DNA from: Candidatus Kutchimonas denitrificans
GTDB lineage: Bacteria > Gemmatimonadota > Gemmatimonadetes > Palauibacterales > KS3-K002
DNA: 64,000 nucleotides
Reading direction: 5' to 3'
Assembly: GCA_011774835.1 (NCBI GenBank)
Contig: JAACAK010000049.1
Span: 14,114 to 78,113, forward strand
The notes under the pieces were generated by a model. That model had not been told where the DNA came from. It saw nothing but the letters and a program-made list of their open reading frames with translations, and searched no databases. Below, piece by piece: positions 1 through 10,177 of the stretch (positions are counted from its first letter, which is position 1; every line of letters begins with the position of its first letter). The position numbers and the translations under genes are program-made.

Positions 1-1322
1 ACGTCGCCGCCGTCCATCGCGGCGACGACGGCAAGCTCAGCTTCAGCGAGCCGGCGCTCGTCGAGGAGGTCGCCGTGGTGATGCGGCGGCTGCCCGACGA
101 GCAGCGCCTGACGCGCCTCATCGCGACGGGCCAGGCGACGCCCGAGTCGATGGAGAGCCTCGGCCGTCTGATCGCCGACTTCCATCGCCGGGCCGAGACC
201 TCACCCGAGATCGCGCGCTTCGGATCCCTCGAGGTGGTCGGACACAACTGGGACGAGAACTTCGAGCAAACCGAGCCCTTCATCGGCCGCACGATCGATC
301 CAGAGACCTGGAACCGGACCCGCGACGCGATCGACCGGTTCATGCGGGTCTACGCCCACCTGTTCGAGGAGCGGGTGGCAGCCGGCTGCATCAAGGACTG
401 CCACGGCGACCTGCAGGCCGACGACACCTTCATCGATCCCCGGACCGGTAAGGCCCGGGTGCTCGACTGCATCGAGTTCAACGAGCGCTTCCGCTACTCC
501 GACACGATCTCCGACATCGCGTTCCTCTCGATGGACCTGCGGAACCGCGAGCGGCCCGACCTGGCCCGGGCGTTCCTCGACGCCTACTACGAGGCGTCCC
601 GGGACGAGCGGGTGCCGGCGCTCCTCCGCTTCTACGAGTCCTACCGGGCCTACGTCCGCGGCAAGGTCCGGTCGTTCGTCATCGACCAAGACGGCCCGAC
701 CGATGAGGAGAAGCGGGCCGCGGGTGAAGAGGCACGGCGCTTCTTCGAGCTCTCGCTGGGCGACGCGCTCAAGCTGCGCCCGCGGCTGGTCCTGGTCTGC
801 GGCCTGATGGGCAGCGGCAAGACCCGGCAGTCGGCGGAGCTGGGCCAGCGGGCCGGCGCCCGGGTGCTGCACAGCGACGAGGTCCGCAAGCAGCTGGCCG
901 GGCTCGATCCCAAGCAGGAGCAGAAGGTCCCGTTCGGCGAGGGGATCTACGCGCCGGAGTGGACGGAGCGGACGTACGGGACGCTGCTGGAGGAGGCGCG
1001 GCGCGAGCTGGCCCGGGGCAACTCGATCGTGCTCGACGCCTCGTGGTCGAAGGCGGAGCACCGGGAGCGGGCCCAGGCGATCGCGGAGGCGCGTGAGGCG
1101 ACCTTCGCCATCGTCGAGTGCACGGCGCCGGACGAGACGCTGGCGCGGCGGCTGTCGCGACCGACGCGCACGGTCACCGACGGTCGGATCGAGCTGCTCG
1201 ACGACCAGCGCGCCGCCTACGAACCGCCGGACCAGGAGGAGGCCGACGTTTTCCTTCGCATCGACACGTCGGGCGACCTGGAGAGCACCGCCGAACGGGT
1301 CCACGACTCGCTATTCGACTGA
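1..1322 (+). CDS. Aminoglycoside-phosphotransferase-like kinase fused to a P-loop (AAA_33-type) kinase; 5' end lies outside the window
   Basis: Track ORF 75..1322. The frame stays open back to nt 3 (..GDDGKLSFSEPALVEEVAVVMRRLP). APH-type catalytic loop CHGDLQADD, then Walker A GLMGSGKT about 245 aa in. TGA stop at 1320-1322. Confidence 0.8.
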   Translation, partial: VAAVHRGDDGKLSFSEPALVEEVAVVMRRLPDEQRLTRLIATGQATPESMESLGRLIADFHRRAETSPEIARFGSLEVVGHNWDENFEQTEPFIGRTIDPETWNRTRDAIDRFMRVYAHLFEERVAAGCIKDCHGDLQADDTFIDPRTGKARVLDCIEFNERFRYSDTISDIAFLSMDLRNRERPDLARAFLDAYYEASRDERVPALLRFYESYRAYVRGKVRSFVIDQDGPTDEEKRAAGEEARRFFELSLGDALKLRPRLVLVCGLMGSGKTRQSAELGQRAGARVLHSDEVRKQLAGLDPKQEQKVPFGEGIYAPEWTERTYGTLLEEARRELARGNSIVLDASWSKAEHRERAQAIAEAREATFAIVECTAPDETLARRLSRPTRTVTDGRIELLDDQRAAYEPPDQEEADVFLRIDTSGDLESTAERVHDSLFD

Positions 1323-1354
1323 ATCCCCACCCTCGGAGCGGACGTACGGGAACG

Positions 1355-2584
1355 ATGAGACGACGCCGGACATCCTTCACGACCCGGCTCTTCGTGGTTC
1401 TCTTCCTGCTGTCCGCGGTGCCCTCGGTGGCGCTGCTGGGGCTCGCCACCTGGGGGCTCCGCGATTACGTCGAGCTGGCCCGCGCCGCCGGCCCCTGGAG
1501 CCGGATCGGCGATACCGGCCGCGAGCTGCTGACCGCGATCGACTCCGTCGGCGCCGACAGCGCCGTGGTTGCCGTCGCCGAGGAGCACGAGTCCGAGCTC
1601 TCGCGCTCCTTGGGCCTGGCGCGCCGCTGGGACCTGATCGCCCAGCGCCTGGCCGCCGCGCTGCCCTGGGTGGCTTTGGTCCTGGGCCTTTCCCTCGCCA
1701 TCGTCGCCGCCTGGTCGGCCCGCCAGCTGGCCCGCGGCCTGAGCCGCCCGCTGGACGAGATGGTCGACTGGGCCGAGCGGCTGGCGGCGGAGCGGCCGCT
1801 GCCCGCGCCCAACTCGGATGAGGAGAGCGAGCCACCGGAGTTCTCGACCCTGCGCGCCGCGTTCCGCCAGGCGGCGGAGCGTCTGGCGGAGGGGCGGCGT
1901 CAGGCGCTGGAGGCCGAGCGGCTTCGGGCCGCCAGCGAGATGTCGCGGCGCGTCGCGCACGAGATCAAGAACCCGCTCACGCCGCTCACCCTGGCGGTGC
2001 GCCAGGCGCGTCACTTCATCTCGCGCGGCAAGCACGAGGCGTTGGAGGAACCGTTGCAGGTGATCGCCGAGGAGGCCGAGCGGTTGGACGAGATGGCGAG
2101 AACCTTCGCCCAGTTAGGGCGCCTGCCGGAAGGGCCGACGAGCGAGATCGACCTGGAGGAGATGTTGAGATCGCTGATGGCCAGCGATCTGCCGGATACG
2201 ATCCGCGGCACGGTCGATGCACGCGATGGGGTGCCGCGGGTCCGGGGTCACCTGGAGGCGCTGAACCGGGCCTTCAGAAACCTGCTTGGCAACGCGGTGG
2301 AGGCTCTGGGCGACCGGCCGGACGGCCGGATCGAGGTGACCATCGCGTCTCGAAACGACACGGTGGAGATCGCCATCGCCGACAACGGGCCCGGCATCCC
2401 CGAGGAGGCGGCGGACCGAATCTGGGACCCCGACTTCACCACCCGGCGGCGGGGAACCGGCCTGGGCCTGGCGCTGGTCCGCCAGACGGTCCGGGCGCAC
2501 GGCGGCGACATCGAGCTGGGCCACAGCGAGGAGGGTGCCTGTTTCGTGATTCGATTGCCGAAATCGGCGGAGACCGACGAGTGA
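1355..2584 (+). CDS. Membrane sensor histidine kinase, NtrY-like (2 TM, HAMP-like linker, HisKA, HATPase_c)
   Basis: Track ORF 1118..2584, trimmed to ATG 1355 (MRRRRTSFTTRLFVVLFLLSAVPSVALLG = TM1). H-box RRVAHEIKNPLTPL, N-box NLLGNAVEA, G-boxes DNGPGIP and GTGLGLALV. Confidence 0.88.
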   Translation: MRRRRTSFTTRLFVVLFLLSAVPSVALLGLATWGLRDYVELARAAGPWSRIGDTGRELLTAIDSVGADSAVVAVAEEHESELSRSLGLARRWDLIAQRLAAALPWVALVLGLSLAIVAAWSARQLARGLSRPLDEMVDWAERLAAERPLPAPNSDEESEPPEFSTLRAAFRQAAERLAEGRRQALEAERLRAASEMSRRVAHEIKNPLTPLTLAVRQARHFISRGKHEALEEPLQVIAEEAERLDEMARTFAQLGRLPEGPTSEIDLEEMLRSLMASDLPDTIRGTVDARDGVPRVRGHLEALNRAFRNLLGNAVEALGDRPDGRIEVTIASRNDTVEIAIADNGPGIPEEAADRIWDPDFTTRRRGTGLGLALVRQTVRAHGGDIELGHSEEGACFVIRLPKSAETDE

Positions 2585-4092
2585 GGCGCGGGCTGCTGGC
2601 TCTACCGCTGCTCCTGGTGGCAACCGGGTGCGGGGACGGCGGGGGGAAGACCGAAACGCCGGTCGCGGAGGAGCGCGTCCCCGGCGAGCCGGTGGTGCCG
2701 CGCCGCGAGACGCCGCCGCGGCCCCCGGAGGTCGTGCCCGACTTCCGTTTGCGCCTCGACCCCGGGACGCACCTGGCCGACGCGCGAATCGAACTCGAGC
2801 TCCCCCGCGCCGAACCGATCCACCTGCTGTTCCGCGCCGAGTGGGGCGGTTATCCCGGCCTCGAGTCGCGCCTCGAGAGCCTCGAGGCATGGGGAGCGAC
2901 CGGGCCACTCGATGTCCGGATGAACGCGGGCGAGCTCGGCGCCGGACATCACATCGTGGAGACCGGAGAGTCGGAGCGGGTCACGATCGCCTACCGGATG
3001 CGGCTGCGGCCGCCCAACTCGTCGCTCCTCTACCACCGCGCGTCACAGCTCGGGCCCTCCGGCGGCCACCTGCTGGGCGGCGACCTGCTCCCCCGGGTCT
3101 GGGTCGGCCGGCCGGGGAACGGGGTTCAGCCGGCCCGCATCTGGTTCACCGGGCTGCCGCCGAACTGGCGGGTCGTCAGCCTCGAGTCCCGGTCGGGCAC
3201 GGGGTACGCGATCCAGGACATCATCTACTCGGTCTTCGTCGTCGGTCCGCTCCGCTCGCAGCGGTTGAACGTCGGTCCGCATACCCTGACCGCGGCGATC
3301 TACGGCGACTGGCCGGTGGATGACCGCCGGGTCATCGACGCGACGAACCGCATCGCTGGCAGCCTGCACCGGATCGCCGGCGACGGCTGGACCGCCGGCG
3401 ACTACTTGCTGGGCGCCGGACGGGTGCCCGCCAGGGTCCCCGGCCTCACCACCGGTGGCCAGGTGATCGGGAACTCCGGCATCGTCTACGTGGGTGGCGC
3501 CGGGCCGCCGGAGCTCGAGTTCCGGCACTGGATGTACACCACGGCCCACGAGCTCACTCACTGGTACATCCCAACGAGCTTCGCCTTCGATGGAGCGGCG
3601 CCCCGCTGGTTCGCCGAAGGGTTCACCGACTATTTCGCCCTCAAGATCCTGCTGGCCGGCGGCTTGATCGAGCCCGAAACGTTCCTCGCCGAGGTGGGCG
3701 CCCGGCTGGCGCGCTACCGGACGAGCCCCCAGTTCGGAACCCGCTCCATCGTCGACGCCGAACGCGACTTCTGGGAGGAGGGGACCTACCGGTTCATCTA
3801 CGACGGCGGCGCCTCCGCCGCCTTCCTTCTCGACCTCGGGTTCCAGGACCGGAGCCGTGCCCTCGAGCAGGCCCTCAAACGGGCGCGCCGCGACCCGCCG
3901 GTCACCTCCGCCCGGCTCGTGGCGGCGCTGTCCCACGTGCCCGAGAACGAATGGCTCGAGGCGTGGCTGACCGACGGCGTCGACCCCGATTGGGACGCCC
4001 GGCTGGCACGCTACCAGTTGACGGTGAGCGGTGAAAAGCTGATCCCCCTCGACGACTGGGCGACCGATGCGCTCTCGACGATCCGACCGTAA
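2581..4092 (+). CDS. Zinc metallopeptidase-like lipoprotein (M61/M1-type HExxH..E)
   Basis: The GTG start overlaps the kinase stop (GTGA). Lipobox LLLVATGC. Motif TAHELTHWYIP followed by WFAEGFTDYF, as in M61/M1 gluzincins. Confidence 0.7.
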   Translation: MRRGLLALPLLLVATGCGDGGGKTETPVAEERVPGEPVVPRRETPPRPPEVVPDFRLRLDPGTHLADARIELELPRAEPIHLLFRAEWGGYPGLESRLESLEAWGATGPLDVRMNAGELGAGHHIVETGESERVTIAYRMRLRPPNSSLLYHRASQLGPSGGHLLGGDLLPRVWVGRPGNGVQPARIWFTGLPPNWRVVSLESRSGTGYAIQDIIYSVFVVGPLRSQRLNVGPHTLTAAIYGDWPVDDRRVIDATNRIAGSLHRIAGDGWTAGDYLLGAGRVPARVPGLTTGGQVIGNSGIVYVGGAGPPELEFRHWMYTTAHELTHWYIPTSFAFDGAAPRWFAEGFTDYFALKILLAGGLIEPETFLAEVGARLARYRTSPQFGTRSIVDAERDFWEEGTYRFIYDGGASAAFLLDLGFQDRSRALEQALKRARRDPPVTSARLVAALSHVPENEWLEAWLTDGVDPDWDARLARYQLTVSGEKLIPLDDWATDALSTIRP

Positions 4093-6289
4093 GGTCGGCC
4101 GCCCCGCCCGGCCCATCGTCCGCGCCGCCTTCGCCGCCATCCTCCTGCTGGTGGCCGCACCGGGACTGGCGGCCCAGGACGTTCTGGAGCTGGCGCGCCA
4201 CCGCCACGCCGAGCCCGACACGACCCTCCAGGACTATCGCGCGAGGCTCAACACGCTGGTCAGCGCCGGCTGGGTGTCCGACCCGCTGGCGCGGCCCCGG
4301 CTGATCATCGCCAGCGAACTGGCATCCCGCGTCGCCTGGCGGCAGGCCGGCGGCCTCCAGGTCCGCATGCTGGGACAGCGCTATGTCACGTCGTTCGGCC
4401 GGGATGTGGAGGCCGGCCTCGATTTCGATGAGCCCTGGTTCGTGGCGACGGTGCCCGGCGACAGCTTGCGCCTGCTGGGCGGTATCGAGCTCCCCAACCG
4501 GGCCGCGGTCCACCCCTTCGCTCCGGGTGCCGCACGCTTCTACAGCTACGAGACCGGCGACACGGTGGCGCTCCTCGTTCCCGGCCGGCGCGTCGACCTG
4601 ATCGAGATCCGCGTCACGCCGACCCGGGGCGATGAGTCGCTGGTCGTCGGCTCGCTCTGGGTCGATGCCGCGACCGGCGACATCGGGGCGATGCAGATCC
4701 GCTTCGTCGGCCGCCCGCTCTGGGCCGACGACGACGATCCCGACGGCCAGAAATGGGCGAACCGCATCCTGTCGCTGAGCGCGGACGTGCAGCAGGGGCT
4801 GTGGGAGGCCCGCTACTGGCTGCCGCATCGCCAGGAGCTGGAGCTGATGGTGCGGATCCCCTTCATCGGGAGATTCGCCGTGCCCATCGTCTTCAAGAAC
4901 GAGTTCGGCGCCTACGACATCAACACCGGGCAACCCATCGAATGGCTGTCCCCCGATTCGCTCCGCGTGGCCGCCGAACCGACCGACGACTACGACGAGG
5001 GCGCCACCCTCTCGCTCCGGGTCGGCGAAGAGCCGCGGCGCGTCTCCGGCCCCGATACGGTCCCCGGCGAGCGTCACTTCCCCGAGCGCGACAGGCTCCA
5101 GGTGCGGGCCGGGCCCGCCGAGCGCGGTTGGGAGATCGTCCGGCCGCCCGACGATTCGCTCCTCGCTTACGACGCCTGGGACCGCCCGCTGGAAGAGCCG
5201 GCGTCCCGGCTGACCTTGCCGTCCACCGAGGAGCTGGAGCGACGGGCCCGCAAGCTCTCCAACGAGATCGTGGGCCGCAAGCTCTTCTCCATCCAGTACG
5301 ACCGGCTGCCCGAGTTCCTGCGCTACAACCGCATCGAGGCGCTGGGCCTGGGCCTCGCCGGTCGCTACGACTTGCCGCGCCGTCCCTTCTGGTCGCTGGG
5401 CGCCGGGGTCGGCTTCGGCGTCGCGGACCTGGCCCTCAAGGGCCGGCTCGACCTCCGCTACGACGCGCCCAGAACGCGCCTCGAGCTCGTCGCCTTCAGC
5501 GAGCTGCACCTGACCGGCGCCCCGCTGACCGACGACAAGCGCGCCTACGGCAAATTCCTGCGCGCCTTGTTCCTGGGCCGCGACGACAACGACTACTACC
5601 GGGCCAGCGGGGCCGCCCTCATCGTGGGCCGGCGCTGGGGCCGGTTCGGTGCCCGGCTGGGCGGCGGCTGGGAGGATCACCGGTCGGTGGACAAGAACAC
5701 CGACATCGCCGTCCCGGGCATCTGGCAGGACACCGTATTCCCGCCCAACCCGCCGGCCGACGAAGGCGGCTTCTGGCGCGGCGACATCGCGGCGACCTAC
5801 TACATCGGTGATTGGACTCGACCCACCGATCGGACCGAGTTCACCGTCGGCCTCGACGTCGGCACCGGCGAAGGCTTCGACTACGCGCAGCCCCGGGCCG
5901 GGCTGGAAGGCCGCCTCGACCTCGGCGACGTGATCGCGGTGGCGTTCGACGCCCGGGCCGGGTGGACGGCCGGTACCGCCCCCCTGCAGCGGCTGTGGGG
6001 GATCGGCGGCCTGGAGACGGTCCGCGGATTCACCTACGGCAGCCTGCGCGGCGACTCGTACTGGCACGCCCAGCTCGAGCTGTCACCGCGGCGCAAGCCG
6101 ATCACGCCGGTCCTGTTCGGCGATGTGGGTTGGGCCGGTGAGACGGGCGACTGGCCAAGCTCGCAGGTCGACCCGCTCTGGTCCGCCGGGATCGGCGTCA
6201 GCTACCTGTGGGGCGTCCTCCGCACCGATCTCGTGTTCCCGAAGTTCGACGACGTCTGGTTCGAGTTCTACTTCGCCGGCGCGCTCTAG
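4067..6289 (+). CDS. Omp85-superfamily (bacterial surface antigen/D15-like) outer-membrane beta-barrel protein
   Basis: Signal peptide ..AAFAAILLLVAAPGLAAQD. C-terminal barrel motifs GGLETVRGFTYGSLRGDSYW, LFGDVGWAG and SAGIGVSYLWGVLRTDLVFP. Overlaps the upstream gene by 26 nt; the exact start is uncertain. Confidence 0.7.
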   Translation: MRSRRSDRKVGRPARPIVRAAFAAILLLVAAPGLAAQDVLELARHRHAEPDTTLQDYRARLNTLVSAGWVSDPLARPRLIIASELASRVAWRQAGGLQVRMLGQRYVTSFGRDVEAGLDFDEPWFVATVPGDSLRLLGGIELPNRAAVHPFAPGAARFYSYETGDTVALLVPGRRVDLIEIRVTPTRGDESLVVGSLWVDAATGDIGAMQIRFVGRPLWADDDDPDGQKWANRILSLSADVQQGLWEARYWLPHRQELELMVRIPFIGRFAVPIVFKNEFGAYDINTGQPIEWLSPDSLRVAAEPTDDYDEGATLSLRVGEEPRRVSGPDTVPGERHFPERDRLQVRAGPAERGWEIVRPPDDSLLAYDAWDRPLEEPASRLTLPSTEELERRARKLSNEIVGRKLFSIQYDRLPEFLRYNRIEALGLGLAGRYDLPRRPFWSLGAGVGFGVADLALKGRLDLRYDAPRTRLELVAFSELHLTGAPLTDDKRAYGKFLRALFLGRDDNDYYRASGAALIVGRRWGRFGARLGGGWEDHRSVDKNTDIAVPGIWQDTVFPPNPPADEGGFWRGDIAATYYIGDWTRPTDRTEFTVGLDVGTGEGFDYAQPRAGLEGRLDLGDVIAVAFDARAGWTAGTAPLQRLWGIGGLETVRGFTYGSLRGDSYWHAQLELSPRRKPITPVLFGDVGWAGETGDWPSSQVDPLWSAGIGVSYLWGVLRTDLVFPKFDDVWFEFYFAGAL

Positions 6290-6301
6290 CGCTCCCGTTA
6301 C

Positions 6302-6321
6302 ATGACATGACGTGACGTGAC

Positions 6322-6326
<5 letters not shown>
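6302..6326 (+). repeat. Five tandem RTGAC pentamers (ATGAC ATGAC GTGAC GTGAC ATGAC); the last contains the response-regulator start codon
   Basis: Read directly: c-atgac-atgac-gtgac-gtgac-atgac-ac. The ATG of the last unit is nt 6322. Confidence 0.9.
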
Positions 6327-7665
<1,339 letters not shown>

Positions 7666-7764
7666 TCGTAACGGTCACGCACATCGACGTTTCGAATCGA
7701 CACGGCCCCATGCGGTCCCTCCGCCTCGTTCGGCCTCCTGACAAGGGATCCAGGCCCGACCTTC

Positions 7765-7780
7765 CGGCATCGGGTTTGCG
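7765..7780 (+). promoter_or_regulatory. Candidate sigma-54 (-24/-12) promoter for the downstream barrel gene
   Basis: CGGCATCGGGTTTGCG. GG at 7766-7767 and GC at 7778-7779 are separated by exactly 10 nt, with TTGC at -12. About 46 nt upstream of ATG 7826, directly downstream of a sigma-54 activator gene. Confidence 0.55.
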
Positions 7781-7825
7781 TCGAGACCGATGAACGTCGC
7801 AGTTTCACCCTGCGGAGGATCGAAC

Positions 7826-9517
7826 ATGAAAGCCGCTTTCTCAGCCCTGGTCGCAGCCGTCCTGCTCGCCGGCTTCCAGACCCCTGCCGTCGCCCAGGAT
7901 ACCGTCACCGTGGGCGTCCGCGCACCGCTGGCCGCCGGCGAAGAGCTGCCTCGCAGCGTGGCCGACCGGCTGATCGCCTTCTACAACCGGCCGTCGACTA
8001 TTCGCTTCGGTGGACGTACCCACATCCCCGCCGGCCGCGTCATTGGCGGCGACGTCGGTGTGCTGGCCGGCCCGGTGGACCTGGCAGGCGTCGTGGACGG
8101 CGACCTGCTGCTGATCAACGGCGACATCACGCTGGCGCCCGGCTCCCGGATCCGGGGCGACCTGACGGTGGTGGGCGGCGTCATCATCGGACTCGAGCAG
8201 GGCCAGGTCGATGGTGTGGTCACGACGTACACGGCGATCCTCCGCTATCGACGTGTGGACGGCGGCATCGAGTACCTGGGTTCGCAGCCCCGGACCTATC
8301 AGCCGACGGGTCGCACGCGTCTCCATCTCCCTTCCTGGGAGCTGGGGGAGAGCGAGATCTTCGTCTCCGCCCGTGCTTACAATCGGATCGAGGCGCTTCC
8401 CATCGCCATCGGGCCGCGCATCACCACGGCTGGCCGCAACCCGTTGCGCCTCGAGGCGCTTCTAGTCTATCGGACCATCGGCGGCTTCTCGCCCGACGAC
8501 TCCGATATCGGCTATGAGCTGCGCGCCCGCCAATGGCTCCTCGGCCACCGGACCGTCTGGCTCGAAGCCGGCCTGAGCTCGATCGTCGAACCCATCGAGC
8601 GCTGGCAGATCACCAACCTGGAGAACTCGCTCTCGCTCTTCCTCTTCCGGCGCGATTATCGCGATTACTACGAGCGGGAGGGGTGGTACGGCCTGCTGGG
8701 CTGGCGCTCGAACGGGTTCTTCGGCTCCGTCGAGTTCCGCGACGAGAGCCATCGCGAGCGGGAGACCAACAACGTCTGGACCATCTTCTTCAATAAGGAT
8801 GACGAGCTCCGACCCAACGCCGCCATCGAGGCCGGGGACCTGAACAGCCTCATCTTCACCGTCGGCGTCGACACGCGAACCGACGAGATGTGGCCGCTGT
8901 CCGGCTGGTACAACACGTTCAGCCTCGAACAGGCGGTCGGCGGCAGGCTGGACGGGGTCGAGCAGGACTTCACCCGTTTCTTCCTCGACTTCCGCCGCTA
9001 CTTCCGCGTCAGTCACGGCTCGGTGCTCGCCCTGCGACTCGCCGGGGGCGGACCGTTCGGCGGCGACCGACTGCCCGCACAACGCCAGCACATCATCGGC
9101 GGCGCCGGCTCGCTCCCCGGCTACGACATGCTGGAGTTCGACTGCGGCGCCCGCGGCTCGGCCGATTTCGGTAGCGTGCCCGGCTATGGATGCCAGCGCT
9201 TCACGCTCTTCCAGGCCGAGTACCGCACCAGCCTCGATTTCCATTTCCATTGGGACCACAGCGAAGCGCCACAGGACATCGATTTCTATGGCAACCCGTT
9301 CGCCGTCGATTTTGCTCCGGCCTTCGTCCTCTTCTACGACGCTGGCTCGGCATGGGATACCGATGAGGGCTTCTATGATCACCTCAAGCTCAGCGACAAC
9401 TGGGTAGCAGACATCGGAGCCGGCATCGAGTTCGGTGGACTCGGTCTCTACCTGGCCTATCCGCTCGTCGGACGCAACGACTTGCAGTTCGTCCTGCGGC
9501 TCGACGCCCGCTTCTGA
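7826..9517 (+). CDS. Outer-membrane protein: N-terminal bactofilin-like (polymer-forming, beta-helical) repeat region fused to an Omp85-like barrel
   Basis: Track ORF 7790..9517, trimmed to ATG 7826. This start has GGAGG 7 nt upstream and would lie downstream of the sigma-54 transcription start. Signal peptide MKAAFSALVAAVLLAGFQTPAVAQD. Repeats GDVGVLAGPVDLAGVVDGDLLLINGDITLAPGSRIRGDLTVVGG. C-terminus ..ADIGAGIEFGGLGLYLAYPL..LRLDARF ends in Phe. Confidence 0.75.
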   Translation: MKAAFSALVAAVLLAGFQTPAVAQDTVTVGVRAPLAAGEELPRSVADRLIAFYNRPSTIRFGGRTHIPAGRVIGGDVGVLAGPVDLAGVVDGDLLLINGDITLAPGSRIRGDLTVVGGVIIGLEQGQVDGVVTTYTAILRYRRVDGGIEYLGSQPRTYQPTGRTRLHLPSWELGESEIFVSARAYNRIEALPIAIGPRITTAGRNPLRLEALLVYRTIGGFSPDDSDIGYELRARQWLLGHRTVWLEAGLSSIVEPIERWQITNLENSLSLFLFRRDYRDYYEREGWYGLLGWRSNGFFGSVEFRDESHRERETNNVWTIFFNKDDELRPNAAIEAGDLNSLIFTVGVDTRTDEMWPLSGWYNTFSLEQAVGGRLDGVEQDFTRFFLDFRRYFRVSHGSVLALRLAGGGPFGGDRLPAQRQHIIGGAGSLPGYDMLEFDCGARGSADFGSVPGYGCQRFTLFQAEYRTSLDFHFHWDHSEAPQDIDFYGNPFAVDFAPAFVLFYDAGSAWDTDEGFYDHLKLSDNWVADIGAGIEFGGLGLYLAYPLVGRNDLQFVLRLDARF

Positions 9518-9594
9518 CCGTCGCTGCCCTGGCGCTGTTCGGGGCCGCCGCTCCGGCCGCGGCCCAGGAGCCCCATCTATCCATCTCGCCCGGC

Positions 9595-10137
9595 TTGCCC
9601 GAGAACGGCTGGCGCGCCGCCGTCCGTCCCGTTGACCTGCTCTCCGACTCGGCGCTGATCCGCCCCCTCATCTCCGGCCTGCCGCTCCGCTTCCACTTCG
9701 TGGTCGAGCTCTGGCACGACAAGTTCTTCGCCGACGGGCTGGTCGACCGCGCCACCTGGTCGCTGATCCTCTTCCAGGAGCCCCTCTCCGGCGAGTACCG
9801 GATGACCTACTCCTGGGACCCGCAGGCGGAGGACTGGTTCATCTCGCTGACCGACGCCGCCGCGGCCCTCGAGCGCTGGTACCGCACCCCGTTGCAGGCG
9901 CCGGGGGGCGGCGGCGGCACCTACTACTACGAGGCGAGCCTCGAGGTCGAGATCCTGTCGCTGGGGGACCTGGACGAGCTGGAGCACTGGCTCCGCGGCG
10001 AGGTGGGCAGCGGCGACGAGCCGGGGGGCGGCGGCGTCTTCGGCGCCCTGGGCCGCGGCGTGAAGCGGCTGTTCATCCGGCTGATCGGGCTCTCGGCCCG
10101 CAAGTACGGAGCGCGGAGCGAGCCGTTCCGACCATGA
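9595..10137 (+). CDS. DUF4390-domain protein (start uncertain, probably further upstream)
   Basis: Track ORF with TTG start. Motifs LISGLPLRFHFVVELW and YYYEASLEVEILSLGDLDELEHWL resemble DUF4390, which is typically linked to ntrYX. An in-frame signal-peptide-like sequence lies upstream with no ATG/GTG/TTG. Confidence 0.65.
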   Translation: MPENGWRAAVRPVDLLSDSALIRPLISGLPLRFHFVVELWHDKFFADGLVDRATWSLILFQEPLSGEYRMTYSWDPQAEDWFISLTDAAAALERWYRTPLQAPGGGGGTYYYEASLEVEILSLGDLDELEHWLRGEVGSGDEPGGGGVFGALGRGVKRLFIRLIGLSARKYGARSEPFRP

Positions 10138-10177
10138 AGATCGGTGTGGCGTGTGCTGTGCGTCGGTGTGGGGGAGG

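Noticed and set aside
3902-6067. Very long antisense or overlapping ORFs in the track. Examples: 201..1304 (-), 3043..4221 (-), 3902..6067 (-), 13247..16555 (-), 24661..26349 (+), 43535..44719 (+), 46034..47230 (+), 50108..51994 (-), 56576..58459 (+), 61993..63879 (+).
   Set aside because: They lie opposite or out of frame to genes with clear family signatures. Their translations are Arg/Pro/Gly/Ala-rich low-complexity strings with no motifs. Long shadow ORFs are expected in GC-rich DNA because stop codons are AT-rich.
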